A DNA stretch of 63,073 bases, counting the filler, from Octopus bimaculoides (taxonomy: Eukaryota), in the NCBI RefSeq assembly GCF_001194135.2. It is 6 parts of 5 records of this genome, joined end to end, with 100 filler letters (N's around TTAATTAATTAA, not from the genome) between each part and the next. Parts side by side here need not be neighbours in the genome. Positions count along the whole stretch, not along the records: positions 41,971 to 60,321 come from NC_068981.1; positions 60,422 to 63,073 come from NC_068984.1; 4 more parts are not named here. The stretch is one strand, 5' to 3'. Below, piece by piece: positions 51,471 to 63,073 of this stretch (positions within the stretch are counted from its first letter, which is position 1; each line of letters opens with the position of its first letter). A program made the position numbers and the translations under genes. The notes beneath the pieces are model-generated. The model had not been told where the DNA came from. It worked only from the letters and a program-made list of their open reading frames with translations, and searched no databases.

Positions 51471-52327
51471 GTGGACTCAGTGCTTTTTACGTGGCACAAT
51501 CTTGAATTCCCCCACCCCCCACCCCCACCAAAAATTATAGATATTATTGAAAAAAAAGTGTCTGTAGATGTCCAATTTCAAAGCTGCACAAGCCAAGATT
51601 TAAACTTTAAATCTGATATTCTTCATTTTTTGAATTTTTGTTTTTTTTAAGTAAGAGCAATCATACCCGTGATTATGCCAAACCTTCCAACAACATCTCC
51701 AAGACTTTTATGCAACGAAGAATGGGAGTTATCCAAAAACTAGAGATTTAGCCAGAGTGCTTGCAGCAGAATGGGTGCTTCCAAAAGCCCTTAAGGGTCT
51801 GGTGGAGTGTTAAACTNNNNNNNNNNNNNNNNNNNNNNNNNNNNNNNNNNNNNNNNNNNNNNNNNNNNNNNNNNNNNNNNNNNNNNNNNNNNNNNNNNNN
51901 NNNNNNNNNNNNNNNNNNNNNNNNNNNNNNNNNNNNNNNNNNNNNNNNNNNNNNNNNNNNNNNNNNNNNNNNNNNNNNNNNNNNNNNNNNNNNNNNNNNN
52001 NNNNNNNNNNNNNNNNNNNNNNNNNNNNNNNNNNNNNNNNNNNNNNNNNNNNNNNNNNNNNNNNNNNNNNNNNNNNNNNNNNNNNNNNNNNNNNNNNNNN
52101 NNNNNNNNNNNNNNNNNNNNNNNNNNNNNNNNNNNNNNNNNNNNNNNNNNNNNNNNNNNNNNNNNNNNNNNNNNNNNNNNNNNNNNNNNNNNNNNNNNNN
52201 NNNNNNNNNNNNNNNNNNNNNNNNNNNNNNNNNNNNNNNNNNNNNNNNNNNNNNNNNNNNNNNNNNNNNNNNNNNNNNNNNNNNNNNNNNNNNNNNNNNN
52301 NNNNNNNNNNNNNNNNNNNNNNNNNNN

Positions 52328-52372
<45 letters not shown>

Positions 52373-53539
52373 GCAGTGGCTATAAAAGTTCATTAGCTTT
52401 CAGGGATTTATTTATAAGTAAAACATATTAATTCGTGTGTGTATGTAGTTATGTGTGTGAGGATATACCGGTTGTGACGTGAGTGGATATAGCTGCAATG
52501 GTGTGTGTGTGTGTGTGTGTGTTGGATATAGCAACAGTAGTGTGTATAAGCTATGGTTTGAATTGGGATCTATAAGCAATGATGTGTGTGTGGATAGACT
52601 GATGGTGGTGTCTTTATGTGTGGATAACAGGCTGTTGTGTGTATATGTATGTGTGAGTATATATATAGTCATTCATGTATTGGTGTATGTACGTTTCTTT
52701 AGTGTTCTGTGTGTGTGTGTGTGTAATTATTCTATTGCCCGTTATGTATACGTACGCGTGTGATAGTGTGTGTATTCCAGGGAACCCAACCTTCATGTTT
52801 GTACATGCCTGTATGGTTTGATGTACGTATACGAATGTATGTGTATGTTTGTGTGTAAAAATGTCTGTATGTAGGTATGTATGTGTACGTATGCCTAGTT
52901 CTTTCCTTGCGTGTGAAAATACATTCCCGCTTGAGATGCTCCTTGGTCTACTACGATCCACAAGCGAGACGTTAAAAAAACAAAACAATCACAGCAGCAA
53001 AAAATATTAAAACTACAAAAACACCATTTAAATATAGCAACCTTCACGGTCGATTGATTTTTAAGTGAGGATATGGGTGAGGGACGGGAAAAATCAATTC
53101 CAGGAGGATTTGAACACGTGTTGTGTTTGTTGTTTACGTTATGCTGTGTGTGTTTTGCTTATTGTGTCTGTGTGTCTGTTTGTTGTCTGTCTGTCCTTCC
53201 CTGTGTGTATATAATACAAGAAGTGTTTAGTTAAATATAATCTGGTGTCGCTTCTGACACTAAACAAGCCACCTTCTTTTAATAAATGAGGAAAGCAGGG
53301 TGAGATAAGTTGTTTCTTTTTTTCCTTCTTTTTTATTATCGAAGTTCTTTCTTATCTTCTTTCATTATCGTCATTATTTCTCTTCCTTCTTTCTCATTTC
53401 TTTGTTCTTTTATACATGTTTTTTGTTTCACTTCTTTTCCCTCACATTGTTTCCACTTACTCCTCCTCCTCCTCCTCCCCCTCTTCATCCTCTTTCGTTT
53501 GATGTGAAGGGAAGGAGGCTTTTATTACTCTTTACATGT

Positions 53540-54230
53540 AATTAGATGCCCAAAGTTTGGTTGAATGGTTACAAAGTTCGCTTGGCAACCAAGAAATCTC
53601 GGGTTCAATCTTACTACGTTGCATCTTAGGCAAATGTCATTTTCTATAGCATCCAACCAACCCAAACCTTGTGAATAAACTTGGGCAGATGGAAACTGCA
53701 CAGAAGCCCATCAGATGGGTTGTTCCTGTCATTCAAAAGGCACTGTCTTATTACAAACTGTGACAGGCTCAGTCATCATCATCATTTTAACGTCTACTTT
53801 TCTATGCTTGCATGGGTCAGATGGAATTCGTTGACGCAGACTTTTCTACGACTGGATACCTTTCCTGTCACCAACGCTCACCAGTTTGCAGGTGAGGTAA
53901 TGTTTTCCCATACCCAGAGATATTTTACGTGAGAAGACTGGAAACAAGCGGTCCCGCTTGTATGGCAGTGACACTTGTTTACAACTATCCTGTGTTATGA
54001 AGACAATGACACACACACACACACACACACATCTTTTACCTGTTTCAGTCACTGGACTCGGGCCATTCTGGGGCAAACCCTTGACGGTTTTAATCAAACA
54101 AATTAGCCCCAGTACTCATTATTTTTAGGTCTGGTACTTATTCTATCAGTCTCTTTTGCCAAACTGCTAAGTTAGGGGAACATAAACACACCAACACAGG
54201 TCTTCAAGCAGTGGTGTGAGACAAACACAC
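53540..54230. mobile_element. Nest of SINE fragments: group A head (+, about 53540-53720), RTE-tailed 3' module (-, about 53775-54030), group A tail (-, about 54035-54230)
   Basis: Matches to the head core, to 56155-56400 and to 46961-47150 respectively. Confidence 0.65.
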
Positions 54231-54424
54231 ACACACACATCGTATAATTCGGGTAAAAAAATTCGTAATGTGCATTTAAGAGCCCTTATGCCATTATTTC
54301 ACCACCATCTGTTATCCTACAGTAGGGTATAATCCAGGGGTAGATACACATGCGGAACTCGCCTTTGCAAGAATAATATAACACAAGGATGGAGGATAAC
54401 AGGCTTCAATAGTAGACCACATTT

Positions 54425-54617
54425 GTTTCTGCACCGCACAACTACACTCTCGGAGTGGTTGGCGTTAGGAAGGGCATCCAGCTGTAGAAACATTGCCAGA
54501 TCAGATTGGAGACTGGTGCAGCCTTCTGGCTCGCCAGCCCTCGGTCAAACCGTCAAACCCATGCCAGCATGGAAAGCGGACGTTAAACGACGACGACGAC
54601 GATGATGATGATGATGA
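54425..54617 (+). mobile_element. RTE LINE extreme 3' end
   Basis: GAGTGGTTGGCGTTAGGAAGGGCATCCAGC...AAACCCATGCCAGCATGGAAAGCGGACGTTAAA(CGA)n(TGA)n, same as the tail of 31911-32100. Confidence 0.85.
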
Positions 54618-56424
54618 CAACAGGTTTAAGTTGCTGAGTTTAATTTCAAATACTAATTATACAAGATCATTCTTTACAATTACAATATTGTTGAATCTTT
54701 TTCAGAAACAGCCGTGTGTGGGCACTTCATCGGGTGTTGATGAAAAAGATTCAATTATATTGTAATTATAAAGAATAATATTGTATAATGATATATAAAT
54801 TATATAAATATAAAGTCAGCAACTTAAAGCTCGTGTGTTGTGCAGAAACAAATGTTGTGATCTATTATTAAAACCTGATATCCTTCATTCTCGTGTTATA
54901 TTATTCTTATACGCATACACACTGCGCGCGCGTGACAGGCTTCTTTCAGTTTCTGTCCACCAAATATATTCACAAGACTTTGGTCGACCTTTATATGTAA
55001 GCGTCAAAAATTACATTTGGCATGTGCTAAGCTTTATCAAGCTGGACTTCATTAATTAATTAAAGCACACTAAGCAGCGATGGATAAGATAAAGTTGTAA
55101 ACATTTATAATTAACATATTTGTGTACACTCAAATGGGGAAAGACTTTCACCGTGGTAATTGAATGGGACAAGAAGGTCTCCATACACACCGAACTGGGC
55201 TGTGGATGATGTCATCAGTCTATGAAGCGTGTGTTTCTGTGTGGCCGTGCTTCATCTGTTATAAGTTGATAAACAACTGAATCAGTTGTTCACAGCTCAT
55301 TAAGAACTGCCGTTGTTATATGTAAGCAGCAAAAAATATGTGTGCTAGTGCGTCCAAAGTTTTGTCAAGCTGCAATTCATTCATTCAAGGCAGAACCAGT
55401 AGCTAAAGTTGAGATAAATCCATGTATATTTATTTTTAACACATTCGTGTACACTCAAATGGGGAAATAATTTTATATCACATCGAACATACAGCATGGT
55501 TACCTGCAAGTGTTACACCTCCGCCGCTCAATTATGGAATTGTCGCCAGTGAATTGTAGACAGAAACCTGGTGTTATATATTGCAGTAAAACTAAATGTG
55601 TTTTAAGATATATTAAATATGTGAAAGATATTAAATATTTTTTACATTATGAACTGTTTCATAATCATGCGGCATGGCGAACCGCGTAATATTTTTTCTT
55701 TTATCTTCACGAATATGCCTAACTCGTTACACACACACACATTTCTGTTAGATACAACATTTATTGATTATTTCTGTCTCCTGATGCCGTAGAAGAGGTG
55801 ATGGAAAATGTGAACTGGCCTTGCATGGAAAACCACAATGTTTATAACACATTAATATGCTGGAATCATGTCTTGCTGATATGGAACATCAAGACAGCTC
55901 AATGTAACTCCTGTTATGTAAGAAGCTTTTTCTTATGTAATATGATATGAATGTGGTTCACATTTTAATCTTTGTACAAAATGTACAGCATACTTAAACA
56001 CAGGCGTGGCTGCGTAGTCTGCTTCCCAGCCATGTGGTATTGGGTTCAGTTCCACTGAGTGATACTTCAGCCAAGTGTTTTCTATTGTACCTCAAGCTGA
56101 CCAAAGCCTTTGAGTGGATTTGATGAATGGAAACTGAAAGAAGTCTGTTATTGTCATCATTATCATTTTAGCATCCACGTTTCCATGCTTGCATGGGTCA
56201 GACGGATCTTGTTGAGGCAGATTTTCTACGACTGGATGTACTTCTTATTAGGAACTGTCACCTGTTTCCAAACGGGGTTACATTTCCTTTTGCTCAGACA
56301 TGTTTTCATGGATGACTGGAAACAAACAACATCGCTTTTATGATAGTGATGTCTGTTTTGCAACCATGACATGATGTCGAAACAAGGGTATGCACACACA
56401 CACACACACACACATACATACGTG

Positions 56425-56800
56425 TGTGTGTGTTATTTCGGATTCAGTCCAACTGTGCGATAACTTGAGCAAGTGTTTTCTACTAATAACTCTGGGCCGA
56501 CCAAATCCTTGAGAGTGAATTTGGGAGACAGAAACTGAAAGATACCTGTTGTGTGTGTGTGTGCGCGCGCACTTTTTCTTGACATCGTGTGATGGTTGAA
56601 AGCAAGCATCACCGCCATAGAAGTGATGCTGTTCGTTTCCAGTCTTCTATAAAAATCATGTCTGTCCATGGGAAAATATCACCTTCCTTGGCAACAAGCG
56701 AGGGTTGACCACAGGAAAGGCATCCGGCTGTATGAAATTTGCTTCAACAAATTCCGTCTGACCCATGCAAGCGTGGAAAAGTGGACGTTATACGATGTGA
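56425..56800 (+). mobile_element. SINE with group A head core and RTE-like 3' tail (related pieces at about 56000-56150 plus and 56155-56400 minus)
   Basis: GGATTCAGTCC..CTTGAGCAAGTGTTTTCT..GGGCCGACCAAA, (TG)n, then GGAAAGGCATCCGGCTGTA...GACCCATGCAAGCGTGGAAAAGTGGACGTTA. Confidence 0.7.
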
Positions 56801-57949
56801 CATAATTACAGAAATGCAACGAATTCATCAGTAACGATTGATCTTACTTAGCGAGTCTTTAACGGAATCAAAGATTGCGATTCTTTTCACTATGAACGAA
56901 TTTCGTAATATGTCATTTATTAATGCTGTCTGTCAATGAGATATTGGAATATAACACGGTTCTACCATCACACCATGAAATAATTCAATGTTCCTGCCAT
57001 AAAACATCTTTAGATTATTAGATACTCACAGACGACATAGTGGTGTTAGTGATTATTGTTGTCTTTCTTCGTCTTCGTCTTTTTTGTTGTAGCTGTTCTC
57101 TGTTCTCGTTTTTGTTATTGACGTCATTGTTGTTGCTTTTATTCTCGTCGTGGTTGTCGTCGTCATCATCGTTGTGGAAGTCGGGGCTGTCATCGTCACC
57201 GTCGTCGATGTTGCAGTTGTGATAGTTATTGTTGTGGTGGTGGTGGCGGCGATTGTTGCTACTGCTGCTTACTCCCATGAAAATACAGAACGGCCGAATG
57301 GTAATGAAGTCTCAGTTTCAATCTCACTACGTCGCATCTTGGGTATCTTCTACCGCTGCCCCAGATCAACCCAGTCCTTTTGATTGAAATTAGGTCGACA
57401 GAAACTGGTTAGAACCCACGGGGTGAAATCACATGATCTGGAAGTTCAGGCGGCCGTAGCAGATGTTTTTCGTCTGTCAACGATATAATTACAAGAACCT
57501 CTATGGACCCTCAATCCTTATGAGAGATCCTTTCTCAGGATAAATACTACATTAATCTATGTTATAAGATATCCACGTTAAGCTGGATATCAAGATTTCC
57601 TTTGGATTAGAAAAGCTTGGATATTTGCCACCCCTTTGACATTCGCCATCACCCACTAAACATTTACTGCATAAACACCTCAAGTGGACTCTATAGTCCA
57701 GGATGAGAATCATTTCTTTAGAAGGTAGGTCAGCACAGAGAAACCTCACCAAATGTTTTTAATAGAAATCCACCGAAGAGTGTAGAGAGTATGTGTTGTA
57801 TCAGGTCTTTAAGTCAACTTCACACTAAATATAAATAATAGACCAATTTCTCTTCATGTAGACTGTATGGTATGTATGGCTGTTGCTTGTGTCCAGAACT
57901 TCAATTTTTCCCTTGTTGTATGAACTCATCATTGCTTAAGGTCTCTCAT

Positions 57950-58627
57950 TCATGCTGGCATGGTTCACAATTTGATAGAAGCTGGTAAAGCCAGGAGCTG
58001 CACCAGGCTCCTGTGTCTGTTCTGGCATGGTTTCTATGGCTGGATGCCCTTCCTATTGCCAACTACTTTACAGAATGTATTGGGTGCTTTTTATGTGACG
58101 CCATCATCAGTACTTTTTATGTGGCACCAGCACCAACAGGGTGACCAAGCAACTTACAAGACAAAACGCCTCAACTGGAAGTGGGGTAGTGGTATTGAGG
58201 TGGATGGTGGCTTTGTGTCAGTTGAGAAATTAAAGGTAAAGGGGAACAAGAAATATTACAAGCATGGATTTGTTTACAATACCTGTGCTGATTGGCACAT
58301 AAAAAGTATCGTTTGAGTGTTGGGTCTCATGGAGGCAGTGACAGGTGACCAAGACATTTGGTGATATACCGTGCTTGTGTAGACCTGCCAAGCCTAGTGA
58401 GACCATAGTTGTGGCCAATGCTGGTGTCAGGTCAGTGGCACCTGTGCTGATGGCACGTGAAAAACACCCACAACACTCTCAGAGTGGTTGGCGTTAGGAA
58501 GGGCATCCAGCCATAGAAACCTTACCAAATCAGATTAGAATCTGGTGCAGTCGCCCACTCCAACCCACAGTTTACCAGTTTTTAGTCAAACCGTCCAACC
58601 CATGCCAGCATTGAAAGCAGATATTAA

Positions 58628-58672
<45 letters not shown>
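57950..58672. mobile_element. Two RTE 3' ends back to back (minus about 57950-58310; plus about 58310-58672)
   Basis: Left: CATGCTGGCATGG...GGCTGGATGCCCTTCC...GGGTGCTTTTTATGTG. Right: GGTTGGCGTTAGGAAGGGCATCCAGCC...AACCCATGCCAGCATTGAAAG...(GAT)n. Confidence 0.75.
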
Positions 58673-58674
<2 letters not shown>

Positions 58675-59953
58675 TCTCAAACTTGCCAGGAATTAACCTG
58701 CACCCTATGATTTCAAGACCATCTTCTGTGACCCATGTAGATTAAGACAGACAGTATCATGTACGGAAATTATCAACAGACTGTTGCTGATTCAGCTGTA
58801 GTCTTTAGTGGTTCCTTTTCTAAGTCAGTCCACCTGGCTTGGCCCTTCTCCACCACTTTAAACATTACTCAAATCAATCAATATTGTCCATTTCCACTTG
58901 CTCTACCACTGAAGTCTCAAAGTGAGGTTAATCGTGTTCAGATTGGATTCCCTTCTTTGAGTTTACCTCCGTGAGTGGTGACCCAACCAGGGGCATGAGA
59001 TTTTCACATCAATATTATTCCAACAGTGAGCTAGTAAAATTATTACTGCAACAAACAAAGCGCTTAGTGACATTTCTTGTGACTTTACAACTTTATCTTT
59101 CATCCTTTCTGGGTCAACAAAATAAGTACCAGTTGGGTACTGGTGTTGATGTAATCGCCTATTCCTCTCCTCCGATACTCTTGGCCCGATACTCTTGGCC
59201 TTATGCCAAGAGTATCTATCTATCTATCTATATATCTTTTTCTCTGTCTTTCACCCTCAGCCATTTCACTCTTCCATATTGTTGTCTACTTGTGCTTGCT
59301 TCACCACTTCAGTCTTAAAGTGGGGTTAGCCGTGTTCAGACTGGATTCCCTTCTTCGAACTTAACCTCAGTGGGTGACCCAATCAAGAGGCACTAGATTC
59401 TCCACAGCATCATGTCTCAGAGCCATTGGTCTATGCAAGCCTTCCACCACAACAAAGAAAAACCATGCAGCCTGGTGTATGTGATGTGTACAAACAATAG
59501 CTGAAGAATCTTGTCATCTATGCAACAGCTGGTGCCAACACAGGCCTAATATGTTGGCAAGCTCACCAATTATTATATCGAAAACTAACCTACTTGTTTC
59601 TGTTCCTTAGTTCTTCCAATGCTATTTCGAAAACCGAAATAGATATTGATTTTATATGGAAATCAGTGAGAAGTAGGTGAATATTCTTACAAAAATAATG
59701 TAGAAAGATTGAAAAAATATATATTCTTATATAGAAATATAAATAACTAAACAAAATTAAATATAAATAAATAAATAGAAAATAAAAATGAATACAAAAG
59801 GCGTCATACAAAAACGAAGACTTGGTGTAACACCTTATCTTTGGAATAGTTTTTGCACTGAAACTCTGCAATGCCTCAAGGCTCAGACGACAAACTGCAA
59901 ACACATCAACTTGCTTCACATTTACATTTTTATGTTATTGTCTATCTATCGTT

Positions 59954-59992
<39 letters not shown>

Positions 59993-60263
59993 TCATTATT
60001 TAACGTCCATTTTCCACGCACGCATACACACACACACATAAATGTATATGTGTGTGTGCGTGTGCATAAAGTGAGAGACAGAAAGACAAAGTTATCTATC
60101 CATCCATTTCTCTGTCTATCTATCTATGCATTTCTCAATCTATCTATTTATCTATCTATCTATCTATCAATCTATCTATTTCTCTATCTATCTTTCTATC
60201 TATTTCTCTATCTATCCATCCATTTCTCTATCTATGTATGTATCTATCTATCTATCCATCTAT

Positions 60264-60313
<50 letters not shown>

Positions 60314-60365
60314 ATCCATCCNNNNNNNNNNNNNNNNNNNNNNNNNNNNNNNNNNNNNNNNNNNN

Positions 60366-60377
60366 TTAATTAATTAA
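60366..60377. other. Assembly artefact linker TTAATTAATTAA in a 100-bp gap
   Basis: 44 N on each side. Confidence 0.95.
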
Positions 60378-60421
60378 NNNNNNNNNNNNNNNNNNNNNNN
60401 NNNNNNNNNNNNNNNNNNNNN

Positions 60422-60486
<65 letters not shown>

Positions 60487-60763
60487 TATATATATATACA
60501 TATACATGTGCATATATATATTTATACATACATATATATACAAATATATATTTATGTATATAATAATACACACACATATTCATCTGTGTGCATGAATGAG
60601 GTTCAGTGCCTTATTTTCTCAGAGATATATCGAACATTCTAACAGAAAGTAACTTCATAGATAAGTAAACTCTTGTTAGACTAGGTTAAAATTTGATAAT
60701 AAAAGAGAAGCATTATCATTTCAACAATACACTTCATAATTTTGAAAACACAGCACATAATAG

Positions 60764-60809
<46 letters not shown>

Positions 60810-61959
60810 ACAAAAAAATATGGAAAGTATTTCAACTTAACTTTGAATCCATTCTACATTTTCATCTTAACAGAAAGAAATTCAAATATTTGTTCTTGCT
60901 CAGCACTGAGAAATAGTTAAGTGATATCATGTATCTATTAAATGCATTGTGTTTATGATATGCAACCATATTGGATGAGAAACATACACGAGAGGAGTCT
61001 GACAAATGTGAATTTAATTTGTGTAGACTGTGAAAGCTACGAGCCAGAATGTTTGTGGGGATTTTTTGGTTCTATGAAAGTAACTGAAAAGGGAAGAAAG
61101 ATGTCCACCACTGGAACTGAAGAACATGGTAACAGGAAGGCAAGGGAATCACAAAAATTAAGGAACACATTTATGTGAAGAAAATCTCGCCAACATATAC
61201 ACACACTTGCACATGCTCTAACATCACACACACACACACACACACACACATTTTCTCTCTCTCTCTCTCAAAATCTTCTATCACTTTTACATTTTTGAAT
61301 TCTCTCCCCTATCCACATTTACCACAATTTTCATTAACATTCATGATTTCTCATTACAGATGTAATCTCATGTGATTATAAATATTTTTCATCTTACTAA
61401 ATTACGTTAACCTGTAATTAAGTACATTTATTAAGTTCTGATTTGTTTAAGGCATTGAGAATTTTGAAAATAGTCTTTCTTTTTAAGTGCTCAGAAAAAG
61501 AAAAAAAGAAAAAATAGTATGAAAACACCAATAGAAATTGAACCATGTCTCTGCTGTATATTGGCTAAACCTCTGCACAAAAGTGACCTGACAACTTCCA
61601 ACTACTGAAATTTAAATCTTCCTCTTAAAGCCAAAATTCCTAATTTCAACAGCTGTGTGTTCTTGCATCACATATGTCTAATGATTACTATGTCCAATAA
61701 ACAAAAAATAAATGGTTCAACTGCCATAGATAATTCGTCTGACTTTTTCCATCTAAGGGCATTTTACCTCACATACAAACAGCTTTACGAAATTGAAGTT
61801 AAGAAGCTTCCTACACATACACACTCACACAAACACACACACACACATGGGGAAAAGCTTCTCATTTATGCATGTTTCGTTGAATAAACAACTAACATCA
61901 AAGTTTTATATTTTCCATCGGATTTTTTGTATTTTCCACAAACAATGGCTGAGATATAG

Positions 61960-62620
61960 AAATACAGAGAATTAAACAAATATTAATTGACAACAGATAT
62001 TCTAATACACTGGTCTACCAAGCTATAAAAGAACACAGACACAAATATAATAGAACAAATATATCAGAGAATAAACCTAATAGAAATACACAAACCACAC
62101 ATAAAATCTATTGCATGAAGCAAATGCCCAAAAACTATCAAACTCACAAACATATAATAAAAACCCTCATAAAACACAAAATGCATCGCACTCGACCATA
62201 TACTTAAACTAATAACATAGTATAAAAATGCAAAAACCAAAAACTCCTCATCAATAATATACCACAAACGATGTCAGCCTGAGAACAAACTGCGGCTGAC
62301 CAATGTGATATATAAGTTTGACTGTAAAACTAAAAGTTGCAAACTTCAGGACATTAACTGTTACATTGGACAGACCAGTCCAACATTATCATGTAGACTC
62401 ACCATGCACTTACAACATGGATCAATTGCACATTGCACTACACACCAAAATTACAGAGGACAATACTAGAAGAAAATACATACTTTATATAGAATTCCAC
62501 ACAGCAAACTATTATGGAAACCACATTCATATTAGCATCCAAACAACATGCATCAAAATATTAACATGTGACTACTATGACATATAAGGGGAAAAAAACC
62601 GAATGGACAAAATTGGAGCA
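61960..62620 (+). mobile_element. Penelope-like element ORF 3' fragment (linker and GIY-YIG endonuclease), decayed
   Basis: 62296-62469 reads LTNVIYKFDCKTKSCKLQDINCYIGQTSPTLSCRLTMHLQHGSI (NVIY..C...C...YIG.T...L..R...H). Upstream KIYCMKQMPKNY resembles the PLE linker region. Confidence 0.75.
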
Positions 62621-62710
62621 TGACATTAGCTTCATGCATCAGCAGTCACATTTAATATTTTTATCATCATTTAACATCCCCCTTCCATGAAATAATGATG
62701 AGGAATTATG

Positions 62711-63003
62711 TACATTATTTACATTTGACGGATATTTGTCCTCATCTTGTTTGTTGTTAACACAATATATGGCATAGTGGTTAAGAGTGTGGGCTACTAA
62801 CCCCAAGATTCTGAGTTCAATTCCAGGCAGTGACCTGAATAATAATAATAATAACAACAACATCGAAAAATACCTTAGGAATGAGAACCCAGGTTCAAAA
62901 TTTCCCGAAGACACCTGATGAAGGCTGGAGGGTATATCAGCCGAAATGTTGTGTTAAGAACAAACGAGATGAGGACAAATATCCGTTAAATGTAAATAAT
63001 GTA
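62711..63003 (+). mobile_element. tRNA-headed short element with a Penelope-type hammerhead and 55-bp terminal inverted arms
   Basis: A box TGGCATAGTGG 62770-62780; GGG-CTACTAA-CCC stem-loop; B-box-like GAGTTCAATTCC 62813-62824; HHR 62910-62955; arms 62711-62765 / 62949-63003 with 3 mismatches. Confidence 0.8.
62910..62955 (+). ncRNA. Minimal type I hammerhead ribozyme motif
   Basis: Helix I GACAC/GTGTT; CTGATGA 62915-62921; extra A; helix II GGCTG/CAGCC; GAAA 62943-62946; loopless helix III A-T-G-T (probably ACGT with CpG decay); GUU triplet, cut after 62950. Confidence 0.7.
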
Positions 63004-63073
63004 AATGATGATGATAATAATAAAAAAAAATTCATCATGTGACTGATGATGCCTGAAGCTAATGATCAAACAA

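Noticed and set aside
55050-55061. TTAATTAATTAA outside a gap
   Set aside because: Not flanked by N; a natural AT-rich occurrence rather than a linker, and no evidence of function.
57560-57950. Possible decayed AP-endonuclease of a CR1/L2-type LINE on the minus strand (PSKEMILILDYRVH)
   Set aside because: Only a faint echo of the ILGDFNVH motif; too degraded to call.
62770-62836. Functional tRNA gene
   Set aside because: No complete cloverleaf or acceptor stem; this and the other tRNA-like segments are SINE heads.

Overview
AT-rich, microsatellite-saturated eukaryotic DNA from a gappy draft assembly. The repeat families resemble those of octopus (coleoid cephalopod) genomes; the taxon is my inference from recalled repeat sequences, not a database result. 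I find no supportable host protein-coding gene. Almost all listed ORFs are read-through of simple repeats or N runs, or are decayed transposon fragments. The window is a transposon graveyard: Tc1/mariner DNA transposons (DD37D-like, DD37E interrupted by a solo LTR, DD34D, DD34E); non-LTR retrotransposon pieces (RTE, several R4/Dong-type RLE elements bordered by (TAA)n, one L1/Tx1 3' end); at least four tRNA-headed SINE groups; and several Penelope-like element (PLE) remnants. The most notable signal is a set of five hammerhead-ribozyme (HHR)-like motifs in distinct PLE-related repeats (1005-1040 minus strand, 23297-23379, 31718-31744, 34306-34366, 62910-62955). One of them sits in a short element that joins a tRNA-derived Pol III head to a Penelope-type minimal HHR and is wrapped in inverted repeats ending at the predicted self-cleavage site: a candidate PLE-mobilised ribozyme SINE. 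Five 100-bp gaps carry an artificial TTAATTAATTAA linker, so adjacency across them is not established. Boundaries of decayed elements are approximate unless a TIR or TSD is given.
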